Assembly (NCBI RefSeq): GCF_018977255.1
Contig: NW_024704742.1
Span: forward strand, 101,868,001 to 101,932,000
Length of the DNA: 64,000 nt
Origin: Callorhinchus milii
Lineage: Eukaryota
Direction: 5' to 3'
The number at the start of each line of letters is the position of its first letter. Position 1 is the stretch's first letter. The translations under genes were made by a program, and so were the position numbers. The notes under the pieces were generated by a model. The model saw nothing but the letters and a program-made list of their open reading frames with translations, had not been told where the DNA came from and did not search any database. Of the stretch, positions 14,239-27,910 are shown piece after piece.

Positions 14239-16194
14239 GTTTAACATGTTTTATGAGACGAGTCTGGACTATCTGTACTGAGACCTTTATTAATTGTATT
14301 GCGAAGTCAGAGAGCAATCAGACACACCCTAAAGACAACACACCAAGACAGAGTATAAGTTACAAGAATGAGGTGGGATTTTGATTGATGGTGATTCATT
14401 AATCTAACCGAGAACACACTCCATTGTAAACCCAGCGAGAAATACGAGTGAATTCCTGCTCTGTTGGCATTGCTCCATTGTTGAGGCTCAGGTAGTTGGG
14501 TACCTGGCTACTCGAATGGCTTAGTTTGATGTTTTCTGGCAATGATCACACTTGAAGTTTGTATCATTGCTCGTACAACACACATGGATCGTTGTTTAGT
14601 GATGTGGAAGTCTTCAAATAAGATGGAAGACTTTGATTGGACCTGACCTGGGTAAGAGACTAATGAGTGATGGTGGAATAAAGCATATTGTCTTCAACAG
14701 GAAGGGTGACTTTCAGCTTCTTGCCCCCCCCCCCCCCACCCCGATTAAACACCATGCATCAAACACCTCTGTCACAAGTTTGAGCATCAAAGCCAAGGGT
14801 GAAATGGAAACTGTGGGCAAATTGTCTGTGTCTAAGACACCTAGGTAATGATTCTACTTCCATTCACCTGTGAATATGAGCTCAAATGAATGATTTACTC
14901 ATGCCGGAGGCAGTGCTGAAGCATTCCTCCTTATTTTAGGAATCTATTTTAGGAAAGGAATCTGCAGCAATTTATTTCCAGGCAACTTCGATTTTGGCTC
15001 ATTGGGTTAATGAATCACCCAGACGAGATCCCCAGTGTGTTCTGAGTACACCAATTTCAAATAAAACAATAGAAGAGTGGCATTATGCATTCACTGATTT
15101 GCAACTCTGGTGCTGTTTTCAAAACATCTTTGTTGGGAGTATTAACACTTCACTAGGAGGGTATTCAGAAATTCACTTCATTCCCTGCAGACAGCAAGTG
15201 GCAGTTGACACACAAATTTGTTCATGAGAGTGCTGTGTTGCAAGAGGTGCCATCCTTTCAATTAAATGTTAAATTAAGATCCCCAAAGTGTTTCAGCTAG
15301 ATACAAAGGCACTATTTCAAAGAACAGACGTTCTCCATGTATGTCCAACATCATCCAAATTCACCCCCCAAAATTGTACATATTCAAGACTGAGATAGAT
15401 TTCTTATTGCAAAAGGGATTAAGGGATATGGGGATAAGGCAGGGTCAGGTTATTAGCTGGAGTTAGATTAGAAGATCAGCCATGATTGAATGGCGGGGCA
15501 GGCTCGAAGGGCCAAATGGCCTACTCCTGCTCCTACATGTTATGTTATGCATCATTGTTAGTGGGGTTTCGCCGGCCCTCTTTCCGCTTCGGCATCAAGC
15601 TCCGCCACTGTTAAGTATTCTGAAACACAACCATGTGAAGTGCACTATATAAATACAAGTTGTCTTTATTGTCTCATAGATTAGTCACATTCTTTTAAAT
15701 CCATTATGAGAAAAGGATTACGTTTACCATGATAAATGTCTGGTAATAATTAACTCCAGGAACCCAACAAAAACCTCTACAAAGTGGCTAAATACTACGT
15801 TGAAAGTAAGGAACTAATCATTATCCTATAAATTTCAGTACAACAAGATGTATCATTATTATCAGCACTAAATATTCATAGGCAGTATGAACTGATCTGT
15901 AATTAAAATCTGCACTGACAAATAAATCACTTGTTTCCTTCTCCAAGAAATCCAAGATGATGTTTTTTAGAATGTTTAAAAAATGTGCTTCATCTTTATT
16001 TATGCATTAAGTCTGCAATAGGTTGCTATTCCACAATAAATGGTTTTATTAATGGCAATGGCATAGTCATAATGCCAATCTCGCAGCACCAGCTTCAATG
16101 ACAAATTCTCAAGGCATAAATAAAATAACCTGTGCATCAATATTCTCTACTCAGCATTTCACTTCCAAAAATAAGTGATTTTACTTTATCATTT

Positions 16195-17330
16195 ACTTCA
16201 TCTCCTGACCACTCTATCCTCTTCCACCGTCTCTCCTCTCACCTCAACCTTCATGGTTCTGTCCTTGTGTAGCTCAGATCTTACCTCTCACACTGTCTCC
16301 ATTTCATCTCCACAAACAGCTTCTCCTCTAGCCCCCGCACCATCTTGTGTAGTGTTCCTCAGGGCTCCATCCTTGGTTCCCTCCTTTTCAACATCTACAT
16401 GCTCGCTCTTGGTGATGTCAACCGCAGACATGGGGTCAACTTCCACATGTATGCGGATGATACCCAATTCTATCTCTCTGCCTCCACCCTCGACTCCAGG
16501 ATCACTGCTGTCCTGACAGAATGTCTGTCAGACATCAAGTCCTGGATGAGAGCTAACTTTCTCCAGTTGAACGTCAACAAGACCGAGGCTCTCCTGATTG
16601 TCTCCCGTCAGCTCCTCCACGTCTCAGGCACTAACAGCATTACCATTCATGGCTGCAAACTCCACCTCACCAAGTCAGTCTGGAACCTCGGTGTCTTGTT
16701 TGACCCTCAACTGTCCTTTCTACCCCATATCCGTGACATGACCCGTTCTGCCTTCCCCCACCTCTGCAACATCACCCGGCTCCATCACTGCCTCACCCCT
16801 CAGGCTGCCGAAACCCTCATTTATCACATCTAGGCACAACTGCGCTAACTCCCTGCTTGTCAGCTTTTCCAACTCTTCCCTCCACAAACTGCAGCTCATC
16901 CAGAACTCTGCAGCTCGTGTCCTCTCCTGCATCACCCCCACCTTTGCCCGGCTCCACTGGCTCCCCATCCCCCAGAGGATAGAGTTCAAAATCTTCATCC
17001 TCGCCTTCAAGGCCCTCCACAGCTTTGCTCCTTCCTACTTCTTTGGCCTGCTGATCCCATATCAACCTGTCCGCTCCCTCTGCTCAGTAGACGGTGGCCT
17101 GCTCCACGTCCCCTGCCTAGCCTGTCCCACCATCAGTGGTCGGGCTTTCACCCTTTCTGCCCCCACCCATCCAACATTCCCTTTGCTTCCTCCCTTGCCT
17201 CTTTCAAAGCGTGTCTCAAAACCCTCCTCTTCGACCGCGCCTTCCGTCACCCTCCACGATCCTGAGCTCGGGTCCAAATCCCTGACAATCCAGTGCCTTG
17301 AAAGTTCTCTCTACTGAAAAAGTTTACAAA
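16195..17330 (+). mobile_element. L2 LINE 3' fragment
   Basis: VPQGSILGSLLFNIYM, MYADDTQFY, LQLNVNKTEALL, followed by the 3' UTR. Confidence 0.92.
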
Positions 17331-17863
17331 TGATCTTCATTTGTGAATGGCACTTTGCCAAACTGCACCTATGAGCACACAATGTTCTCAACAGGACTGA
17401 AGCTTTCAAATGTTATCAAGCAAATAAATGAATTCACTGATATCATCATATAGCCGAAATGAAACTCGGAACATTTGTTGACCGACACCATAGCTCAGTC
17501 ACACACTAATGTATTTATCTAGGGCAGTCCATGATGTACTTTAAATGTCGAATTTGCAAACATTTAAAGTTATCTGTTCTTGACACAAGGCTGTGACTGC
17601 TGCATTGTTGGGAGGTGACGGCTTTCAAATGAGAAGATAAACCACATTCACTAATTCAGAGATGAACCAGAGCAATGCAAGTCCCAAGTGATGCAAAATA
17701 CATTTAGCTACATACTGTATATGCATGTAGAGAATATACAACCAAAAGTGCTCTCATACCAGCCTGAATCTCCCCGAGCAGCAAACTGATTAATTCTCAC
17801 ACCCTATTTATTCTATTTATTCTAATAAATAATAGAATAAATATTTATTCTATTTATTCTAGA

Positions 17864-19040
17864 TTGCGCTCTTGCTTCTGCCAAATCCTCCTTCTACTCC
17901 AAGGTTATCTTGGAGGCAAAGGACAACCCTCGGCTTCTCTTTTCCACCACAAACCATCTCTTCCGCCCACCTTCCCATGCCTTGCCCATCCTCTCCTCAA
18001 ACTCCAACTGTGAGGAGATGCTGGACTTCCTCGAATCTAAAATCGAGGGGATATGTTCAGCCAACTCTGCCCAGTCCACAGCCACCTCCACATCACATCT
18101 CCCTCATGACCCACCCTCCACCTATCCCCCCCTATACTCCTTCGACCCTATCTCTCCATCCTCCCTCAACACAACTGTCCGCAAACTCAAACCCACCACC
18201 TGCTCTCTCGATCCCATCCCCAACATCTCCTTGTCCACCGGATCAGTTCCCAGCCCCATCTTGAAAAAACCTTCCCTGGACCCATCCCTTCTCTCCAGCT
18301 ACCGCCCCATCTCTAAACTCCCATTCCTCTCCAAGGTCCTGGAACGAGTCGTCGCGTCCCAGTTCTGCTCCTTTCTTGCTCGCCATTCCCTCTTTGAACC
18401 CCTCCAATCCGACTTCCACACTGCCCACAGCACGGAAACAGCGCTGGTCAAAGTCACTGATGACATTCTGAACATATGTGATCAGGGCTCCCTTTGCCTC
18501 CTTGTCCTCCTCGACCTCTCTGCCACCTTCGACACTGTCGACCACTCGATCCTCATACACTGCCTCTCCTCTTTACTTAACCTTCGTGGACCTGCCCTTG
18601 CCTGGTTCGATTCCTATCTCTCTCAGTCTCCGCTTTGTTGCCTCTAATGGTTTCTCCTCCAGTCTCCGCAATGTCACGTCTGGTATCCCCCAGGGCTCCC
18701 TATCCTTCAGAGGATCCAGTTCACAATCCTGGTCCTCACCTACAAAGTCCTCCACGGCCTCTCCCCACCCTACATCTGCGACCTCCTAACCCCCTATCAA
18801 CCCGTCCGCTCCCTCTGCTCAGCCGGCTCCGGCCTGCTCCACGTCCCCCAACCCACCATTGGCGGAAGAGCGTTCAGCCACTCTGCCCCCAACCTCTGGA
18901 ATTCTATCCCCCAATCACTCTTGCCCCCTCCTTAGCCTCTTTCAAGTCCCGCCTCAAGACCCTCCACTTCAACCATGCCATCGGCCACCCCTAAAGTGAA
19001 AGGCGCTGTACAAATGTTATCTTGATGTTGTTGTTGTTAT
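17864..19040 (+). mobile_element. L2 LINE fragment with internal deletions
   Basis: YRPISKLPFLSKVLERVV, HSTETALVKV, LLDLSATFDTVDH; jumps from PQGS to the 3' coding end; TTG tail. Confidence 0.92.
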
Positions 19041-19439
19041 GTAATCCTGGAGATGTCCACAATCAAGTCAAGTTTCTACCAGAAAGTTTGAGTAAAATTT
19101 ACAACTGGATAAATTAACCTCTTTGTTCCGTCAACAGGGATAATTTATTGAATTTAGAATGAATCCTTAAAACAGGAATGTTCTCATCCTTAAATTTTGG
19201 GAGTAGTTTTATACAGTAATCTTGTACATAATTGATCATAAGGAAGTGAAGTAATTTCAATCTGAAAACTGGGAGAGTTTCCAACTGTGGATAAACTTCC
19301 CAAAGTATACAACACTTTAATTAGTGTTGTATAATCCTGGGATGCTATTTCAATGTTCGACATCATAATCTGGAATTTTGCATCTCAACTACATCATCTC
19401 ACCAATTGAATTTTTTTTTAACTTCAAGCTTTGGTTTGC

Positions 19440-19612
19440 TCATAGCTGCTTCATTTTTGCACTCGTTGCCATTCACTTGGAATTTTATCTGTAAATCCGA
19501 TCTTCACCATCTTGCAAAAATAAGATGTAGAAATTGTTGCATTCTTCTCTTCAGTCTTGGCCACTGACCAGATTTCAGTGTCATGTAGAAAGACATTGCT
19601 CAACAACAACAC
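19440..19612 (-). mobile_element. ancient RTE-like LINE fragment
   Basis: Translates as SNVFLHDTEIWSVAKTEEK..KMVKIGFTDKIPSE, resembling the RTE C-terminal LYG.ETW..KI.W.DKI.NE pattern. Confidence 0.45.
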
Positions 19613-20959
19613 AGAGTAACCTCATAATAAAGTGCTTATCGGGTCTTGGATTATAATAATGACTGATTTCTTAGTCATTAGGTAGCCACTAAAGTCACTT
19701 CCAGCATATTACACACTAGCTTCCACGCAATGTCAGGAGTCAGTCATCATGTCTTGCACACTGTACATGGAAGTATGCCATATTTCCAAGTAACTGGGAG
19801 TCCACAGGAAACTCATATTCTCAGCGAACTCGTGCTTTAGTGAAGCACTGAATCACAGTCTTCCTATGTTTTCCAAACTAGTAGTTGCATTTAATGTTGC
19901 ACCTTATGTCATCAAAATATCTCAAATTGCTTCACAGAATTTATAGTAATTACAACTGTAGTTTTGTAAGCAAACTGCAGCTCATTTGGGCTGATGCCAG
20001 TTTCTCCTTTAAGGCAGCAAATTTTAATGGGGCTTGAGCGTCATCTAATATAGAAGGTAAATTATATAATGGCTGCACACCTGAAATTTGTATAAGCATA
20101 AAATAGTAGTCAATTTTTCATGATCAACAATCTCCTGCTGGAGACCACACACCAGAGATGTATCTTGTTTTGTCACTTGAAAGCAGTAATGGTCAAAACT
20201 AGAGGCTGCTTTGCTAGATAAAAGTATCTTCCCAGCCAGGACCAGTTCAAGCTCACCCTTTAGAGAATGACTGACATTGAAACTGGATTCCAGAACAACA
20301 ATATCTTATTTCAGTCTAAACCGAAGGGGTAAGATTTCCTTCTTTTTCCATGCTGCAGTAAAGTCCTGCTTGCTGCAGATCGGAAGTGAATACTGTAGCG
20401 GCAGTCTCCATCAGTATTAATTGAGATTATTTTCTGTTCCTTCGCTTCCTCTTAAGAGTACTTCACTTCCATTCCCCACAGCGAGCTGGAGTAAACCAAC
20501 TCTCTGTAGAGAATTAAGTGGAAGGTAATACACTCTCCTATCTTGCCTGGACTTATTTGGAATCAACACTGACATCAGAAGATTGGGAACTGCCAGGACG
20601 TTTTTGATTTGCTTTCAGTTACCGTAAAATGCATAGCTACAGAACAATTGCCAAATTGGTACATTTGAAAAGGCATTGTACAAGTCACTAGATTTTTAAA
20701 TCCCAAACTAGATTTTTAAAGTGCTAGCATTTTCTCGGATGGATTACGTGAGTACTCTTAACATTGCTGGTTTTAAAAAAAACTACAATGTAACTGCACT
20801 GATTGATTGTTGTGGTACTGATTTATCCAGAATATGAATAATAGAATAATCCTTGTAATAGATAGCAAAATGTTGCAGCAAAATTTTGGATTAACTGGAG
20901 TTTATGGATGGTAAAACTAGGAAATGTGAGTTCAAGTAAGGTCAGGCAGGATTAGAACC

Positions 20960-21340
20960 AGAAGAATGCAGTCTCATGGAGGTGGTGGTTGGAGAAGAGG
21001 CGATCAAGGAGAACGGAGTGGTCAACAGTGGCAAAAGTGTCAGAGAGGATGAGGAGGACAAAGTGGCAGAGGGAGCCCTGGTTACAGAGAGGGAAAACTT
21101 TGTTGATGACTGATGAGGGCCATTTCAATGCTACGGGCAGGACAGAAGCCAGACAGAAGGAGTTTAAGCAGGAGTGGAAGCAAAGTTGAGTGGCAATCCA
21201 GAATGTTGGATAGGAAAGGCAGGTCGGCGATAGGTTCGTTGTTAGACCGTTTGGAAGGATTGAGAGGCTTTTTTTTGAGGAAGGTGGTTATGATGGCAGT
21301 TTTCAAAGGGAGAAGGATAGGACAGAAAAGAGGTCAGGTG
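20960..21340 (-). mobile_element. old L2 RT fragment
   Basis: KTAIITTFLKK..PIADLPFLSNIL..IEMALI. Confidence 0.7.
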
Positions 21341-24300
21341 ACTATAAATGATTGACTCTATTCAAATCAACCGGGATGAACTGAATGAAAATCCATTGTA
21401 TAATACTCCATTTCTATTTGTTCTACAGTACACAAATGGGAAGCAATTCATCTGGAAAATAAACACACACACGACTTTAACTTGTTTACCAAGAAATTCT
21501 AAAGAAGGAAAAACAACCTGAATTTTGTTTTTCAGTAGAATACTGCGTATCTACAAACCGCGTAACAGTCCATTCACTTATCTATATCGGACATCAATAC
21601 AGAAATTAACTCAAAGCTGCAATACCAGCAAAGAAAATCTAGTTCTGCGGAAGATTACAAGTACTGAGATATATGTGCTTAGTGCAATTTACAGGTATCG
21701 AGTTCACAAGATCACAGATTCGACCCATTTGATGTCATCCTTCCAGAATACCCACCCTACTTTCTCCCAGCACAGAATCGAGCTGTTTTTAAATTAGTCC
21801 AAAGTCTGGGCCCCAACCACCCTTCCTGGTAACCTGTTCCACGAGTTAATTATACATTCTAGTGCTGTTCTGAAATTCCCCTTAGAAGTCCTCAATTAGA
21901 TACAGAGAGAGAGAGTCGGAAACAAAGGCAGAGAGAATTAAAGAATAGAAAAAGAGAAAGTCAGAGAAAAAGACAAGGCAGATACACAGAACGTTTGAGA
22001 CCCAGTGAGACAGTTACCAGTATGGTACTATGGTGACAGTTTTTGGTTAGTACTGCAGCCAATTTGTATTGTGATGACCAATTATCTGCACTGTTTCCTT
22101 ATCCACAGATACCAATTTGTGAGGGTAACCATCACTTTACTGTACTCTGAATTTTTGGTTAGCATGATCCAAACCTTAAAGCTCTATTCCATACAAATTC
22201 TCAATTGACAAGGCAGAGGTTCAGTAAGCTAAAAAGCCATTTTCACACTCAGTGCCCATTTGTTTCAATCATCTTCAGCAGTTGGTGATTTTACATTTTC
22301 TATCTAAATACCATAGATACATCTCCCAAAGCTGCGCGTACCTAGCATCTCGGGTCGATGACTTTTAAAATCAGCTTAAATAACTAATATATTTGTATTG
22401 CACACCAATGCAATCCAAATACTGTGCTGGCTTTCTGTAATCTATCTAAAGTATAGTATAATAGGATAACAGAATACCATCCAAAAGGTCCTGCTTTAGA
22501 AGACAAATGCCACAAACTGGTTGCAAGATCAATTTAATGTAAAAATGGCTCAATTCAGTATTCTAGCTACCATTTAAGAAGACACTAAATAGTCTTGAAA
22601 TAAAGGTCATGAGTACAAAAAACATGATTTAATTAGAAGCATGATCATCACACTAACCAACACTATCTAAAATAATATTGGAGTCTAATACTTGTATGAT
22701 TATGCTTTCTTAATTTTTATTGTGATTTGTTTTGCAATGGACTAACAATAATAACAACTTGCATTGATATCGCACCCTTCACGTGGGATAGGATCTGGGA
22801 GTACTTAATCGTACAACTGTGATGAACGAGGATTTTACTTAAGTATTTTATGTTCTTATTCTGCTAGAAAATAATCTCGGGATACAGTGTACAGTTTGGG
22901 ACACGACATTTCAAGCGACTGCCAGGATGGTGGAAAGGGAGCTAGGCAGACCTTGGTCTTCATTCGCTGAGCAAATTCTTATGTGGCACAAGTCTCCCTG
23001 CAGGAGCTGGTCTTACCACCTGCAACTGGTGTAAAACCAAATTTTGAAATGTCAGTATGAAAGGCAGTTTGGTGGACTGACTGAATACATTTTAAACTTC
23101 AAAGTTTATAACCACAGAAAAGAGCTGAAAGGGAAATTTGCAATATCTGTTGATATATTCATTGACATTAAGATTAATGTATATTCAATATTCTGCATTA
23201 AACCCTAGCGAATGAAGAGTTAATGCAAGCAATAATTACCACTCATTTTAGTGCTGTTGCAGATATTGTAGCGCTAACAACAATGACTGATACAATAATG
23301 TTTACACAAACAAAGCATACACACCTCAATTCTACCTCTACACAAAGACCAGAACCAGTTCAGTCAGAAAATATTGTTTGCATAAGATCAGAACCTAGCT
23401 AAATCTAGTAAAATATACATTTCAAAACATCAAGGCAAAGCAAAGCCAGGGGCGATGCTTGTAACTATCATAGTTTCTCTGGGAAAACATGATATGATAT
23501 TCTGTATGTATAAACACATACATTTATTTATATATGAGAGAGAGAAAGAGACCAGTCTTGCTGAAAACTAATACAATCTTCCTGTGATGTGAAAACATGC
23601 TGCTTCACACATCTGAAAACAAACCATTAATCTTCTAAGATCCCTTTCTTTCCAACAAAACACACTCCAATAGCAAAAGAAACCAGCTTCAAATCTGAAC
23701 CAATTACAAACAATTTAGATACTGCAATAACTCACCAAATATCCTTGGGTTCATTATATAAAATCTCTGTGAACATCAAGCCCCATTTAAGTTCACAAGA
23801 CACCGTTCAAAAAGAGGATTTTCAACAGCCAATAATTCTCCAGATATAGTGAAATTCAATTTGTGGTCACCAGTTGGACCACGCTGTTTTAGGTGCTATA
23901 TAAAATACAAGAATAAGTTTTTTTTAACCAGTATTGTATAAACAACAACAACAAGATTCCATTTATAGAGCGCCTTTCACGTCGGGAGGACGTCCCAAGG
24001 CGCTGAAGTCTGTTGCCAACCTTTCAAAGATCAAGAATCAAAAAGGTAATGCATCTACTAATAAATAATCCTTTTATTTAATGTAATCACTTTCATGTCA
24101 GGACATCTCAAAATGCTGCAAAATACAGAGTCAACACGTCTCAACAGCATTATGAGGCGTTATATGAAATGCAAGGATTATTATTATAGAATTACAATGA
24201 CTGTGTATTTTCGTAGGTGAACGTGGCAGACAATTTGTGCCCAGTAATGTGCCACAAACATTCATGAGTGATTGGCCAATTTTATCTTGGGGATCGTTGG

Positions 24301-25477
24301 CCAAGACACCAGGAAAAACTCTTCAAATAGTGCCATGACACCTTTAACATGCAGCTGAACAAGCAAACTAGACCTCAGTTTAACATCTCATCTGAACGAC
24401 AGCATCTCAAACAAACTATAAAAAAACTATTTGTTGTTTCGGTATAAAATTAGAACCAGTACATCTAAAATTCATCATACATTTGAAAGATAAATTACTT
24501 TTTAGTTCCTAAATTATTTAACCTGGAGGTTTTAAAAGAGAATGATCAAAGAGAATGTTCAAAAATTAAGTGACATGACATTTCAGGATTTTTCAGACAG
24601 CCACTATTTCTAGGAAGCAATGCGAAGAGATCTGATAAGACAATGTCACAGCAACCATTACAGAGAATTAACCAGATCTTTGTCACTGCATCAACTACAT
24701 CAAGTAACAGTGCTGGCCTCCTAACCAGATGGTTCTTCTGGGAAGATATAGTGAGTGAGGCTCCACAGGGTTTGCATTAGAGCTGGTCTTATTTATGAAT
24801 GAATCTGCATTTTTATGGTGCCTATGAAGTTGAAATGTCTCAAAGTGCTTTGTATTAATTAGTCGTATGCAAAGAGTGACCTTTGTCAGCAAAAAAAGAG
24901 GCAGCTTTGGGAGAAGGACAACAAAGTACTGTTAAGTATCATAAAGATATTTATACAATCCTGTTCAGCTGAAGTGAGCAACCAATATACACATTACTAG
25001 AGGTACAGTGTAAGCCGTTTAAAGATTGCTCATTATTATAAAGATTGTTCAAAGCTTTGCAAAAAGAGCTTTGAAACTCATGCACTAGCCCTTCTACTGT
25101 AAGTTACTTTCTTCTTGCATCAGATAGTCACACCACTCTGTAGTTTATACTGTGAAGTGCTTCAAGACAATGACAATGTGATAAGATGCTCTATCAAAAG
25201 GAAGGATGATTATTATCTGTGATCCTGAGCTTCCCTCCTTTAACTATCTCTGATGCTCTGACCTTTTATGTTCACTCTACCCTTCTCATAACACTGAAAA
25301 CCTTTTACTTTCTTCCTGCCATCCCTGGAATCACATGGAAATTCACACTGAATTAAATTGCATTTTGCCCATGTTCAATAATAATGGGGGAACATCTCAA
25401 AGCAGTGTAGGAAAAACATTTTCCCATCATACCTTTCCCCCAGCACTGGAATTAAAATTAGAAAAATGCCTCTAGAA

Positions 25478-27659
25478 CAAGGGTGGGCTATTATTTTGGC
25501 TGGCGGACCACTTCACGAATTTTGGTAAGCTTCGCGGGCCACACACTTAATATAGATGCAAATGCTTAACAATAGCTCAAAATCAAGTCTTACACTTGTA
25601 CATGCATAATAAAGTCTATATAATTGACATTCATTAAAAATAGGTTAAATAAACTCATTGAGCAGACATTTATTCAATATTTATTCATTTATTCACATAT
25701 TGATGCGAATGTGAGGAGCTCACTCAATGGGAAGAATGAAAGCGCTGACAATTGAAATCAGGCATCGTCTCTGTTGTTGCAAATGCGGAGTACTGCTGCA
25801 AGTTGATCATCAGTCATCACAGTCCTATGTTTTGATTTATTGAATTTCATCACATAAAATGTCTCCTCGAATATGTATGTTGATCCAAACTGCACAAGCA
25901 TCCTCTGGGCATGAGGCTTTATTTTTGAAAAGGTATATTCATTAAGAGAGGCGTGAAAACTGGGAAGTGGCACTGATTTGAATTGCTCCGCAAGCAATGG
26001 ATCACATTGTAGGTCAATAAGCTCGAGTTGGAGGTAAATGGGGCTTTGTCAACATCAAATGAGAAAGGTGAAGAGACCAAGGACAAGTCATTTTCGATCA
26101 AACTGAAATCCTGGAATCGGCGAGAAAATTCGGCATGTAAGTCAAGTAGTGATGAAGTATACTTTTTAAGGCTTTGATCTCAATTAGTAATCTGCTGTAA
26201 AGTTGGAAAGTGGGTGAACAGCCTGTTTCCTATCTGGCGCAATAAAATAAATAATTTCGTCATAAATGACTCTTTTCAAGACCTTTCCTAAACTAAGTCA
26301 TCTTACATTTGTGCGATACAGAACATCCGTGTGCTCGGATTCCAATTCCTCAAACAGAGTTACAAACTGCCTGTGGTTTAATCCTTTTGCTTGAATATAG
26401 TTGACCACTTTCGTAACTGTGTCCACAACATTGCTTAGTTTAAGAACATTCTTACAGAGGACCTCTTGGTGGATAATGCAGTGTAGAAAACCAATACTCT
26501 GTTCTGGATTTATTTCTTTGACTTGATCTTGGGACATCCTCCCGATGTGAAATGCGCGATACACATATAATCTTGTTGTTGTTGATCTTGAATTCTTTTC
26601 AGTAATCCAACATTTTTGCCTGTCAGATTTGGGCTTCCTTCGGTGGTCACATTCACCAATTTTTTCCCCTCCACCCCTTATGTTAAGATATACTTATTTA
26701 CTGCCTCCAAAAAGTCTTCTCCAGTTGTCGTATCTTTCATTGACTGCATTGATGCCAATTCTTCTGTGAGCTCAAAATATTTGGTGATATCTTGTATAAA
26801 AATTATCAACTGGGCTGTGTCTTTGACATCCCAACTCTCATCGAGCACCAGTGAAAACATGCAAAATTGCTTACTTTATTTTGTAACTGCAGATACAGGT
26901 TCTCAGAGATATCCTCGACACGTCTCATAATAGTTCACCTTGACAAGCTAATGTTTTCGAACTGTTTTTTCTTGTCTGGGCATAAAATCGAGGCAGAGTC
27001 AACCATACATTCCTTTATAAATTCTCCTTCAGAGAATGGTTTGCTGTTCTTGGCAATTTTGTGTGTAATCACGTAACTCACTCCTGTAATCTCATCCTGG
27101 TACACAAAGTGTTTTGTGAAAACGCTTTGCTCTTTTTGCATTCGAACAATCATCTCATCAGCTTTCTTTCCTTTTTCTTCAGCAGAAACGTTCTTATATT
27201 TGCAAGCATGTTTGCTCTCAAAATGGCGATTCAAGTTGTAGTCTTTGAGCACTGCCACACTTTCTTTGCAAATTAAGCACACAGCTTTTCCACCCACACT
27301 AGTAAAAAAAATATTTAGAAGTCCATTCTCTTTTGAATATTCGGCCTTCAGGGTCCACTTTCCGCTTCTTTGATAAACTCATTTCGAATTAACGTCCTCT
27401 TCAGTGAAAAGTATGCCCACGGTTGCCACATGCGTGTTTGAAAATTTGCCAATCCGTACATTTCTGACGTCAGCCTGATTCAACGGTTATGGGATCGTGC
27501 AAACAACTAAGCAGTGTGATTGACTGATGTTCTCGGTCAGATTCAAATGTGAAATTTGTGCGACTTTCTGGGACTGAACGAACTATAATTTTTTCTGTCG
27601 CTAGACACAATGACGGGCCGGATAGAATCATTTGGCGGGCCATATTTTGCCCATCCCTG
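25478..27659 (-). mobile_element. hAT DNA transposon (Charlie/Buster-type, GTF2IRD2/EPM2AIP1-like transposase), decayed
   Basis: Perfect 8-bp TSD CTCTAGAA at 25470-25477 and 27660-27667. Imperfect TIRs CAAGGGTGGGC / CAGGGATGGGC. Fragmented transposase from ATG 27382 to stop 25724, with CLICKE..LNRHFESKH (BED finger), FSLVLDES, HCIIHQE and FGSTYIFEETF motifs, frameshifts and an internal deletion near 26280. Confidence 0.93.
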
Positions 27660-27910
27660 CTCTAGAAGAACAAATAGAAAAATAAAGCTAATCTTTGGAT
27701 GCGTATTACAGACACATTGTAGTCCTATCTTCAAAGAGTTACATTTCAGTCAGTTGACTATCATTTGGGTTACTAATTACTTTTATATTTACCCATAAAT
27801 TACAGTCCCTAAACAGAGCAAACTAACCAGCCCTAAATCTTGCATGAAATTTGAGTACTTTTTCGTCCTATGAAATAGTCAGAGAAAAACAGGACCCCAA
27901 TATGTATATA

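Noticed and set aside
14247..14450. Possible solo LTR (minus-strand AATAAA followed by ..AAAACA end)
   Set aside because: No convincing 5' TG end, TSD or second copy visible.
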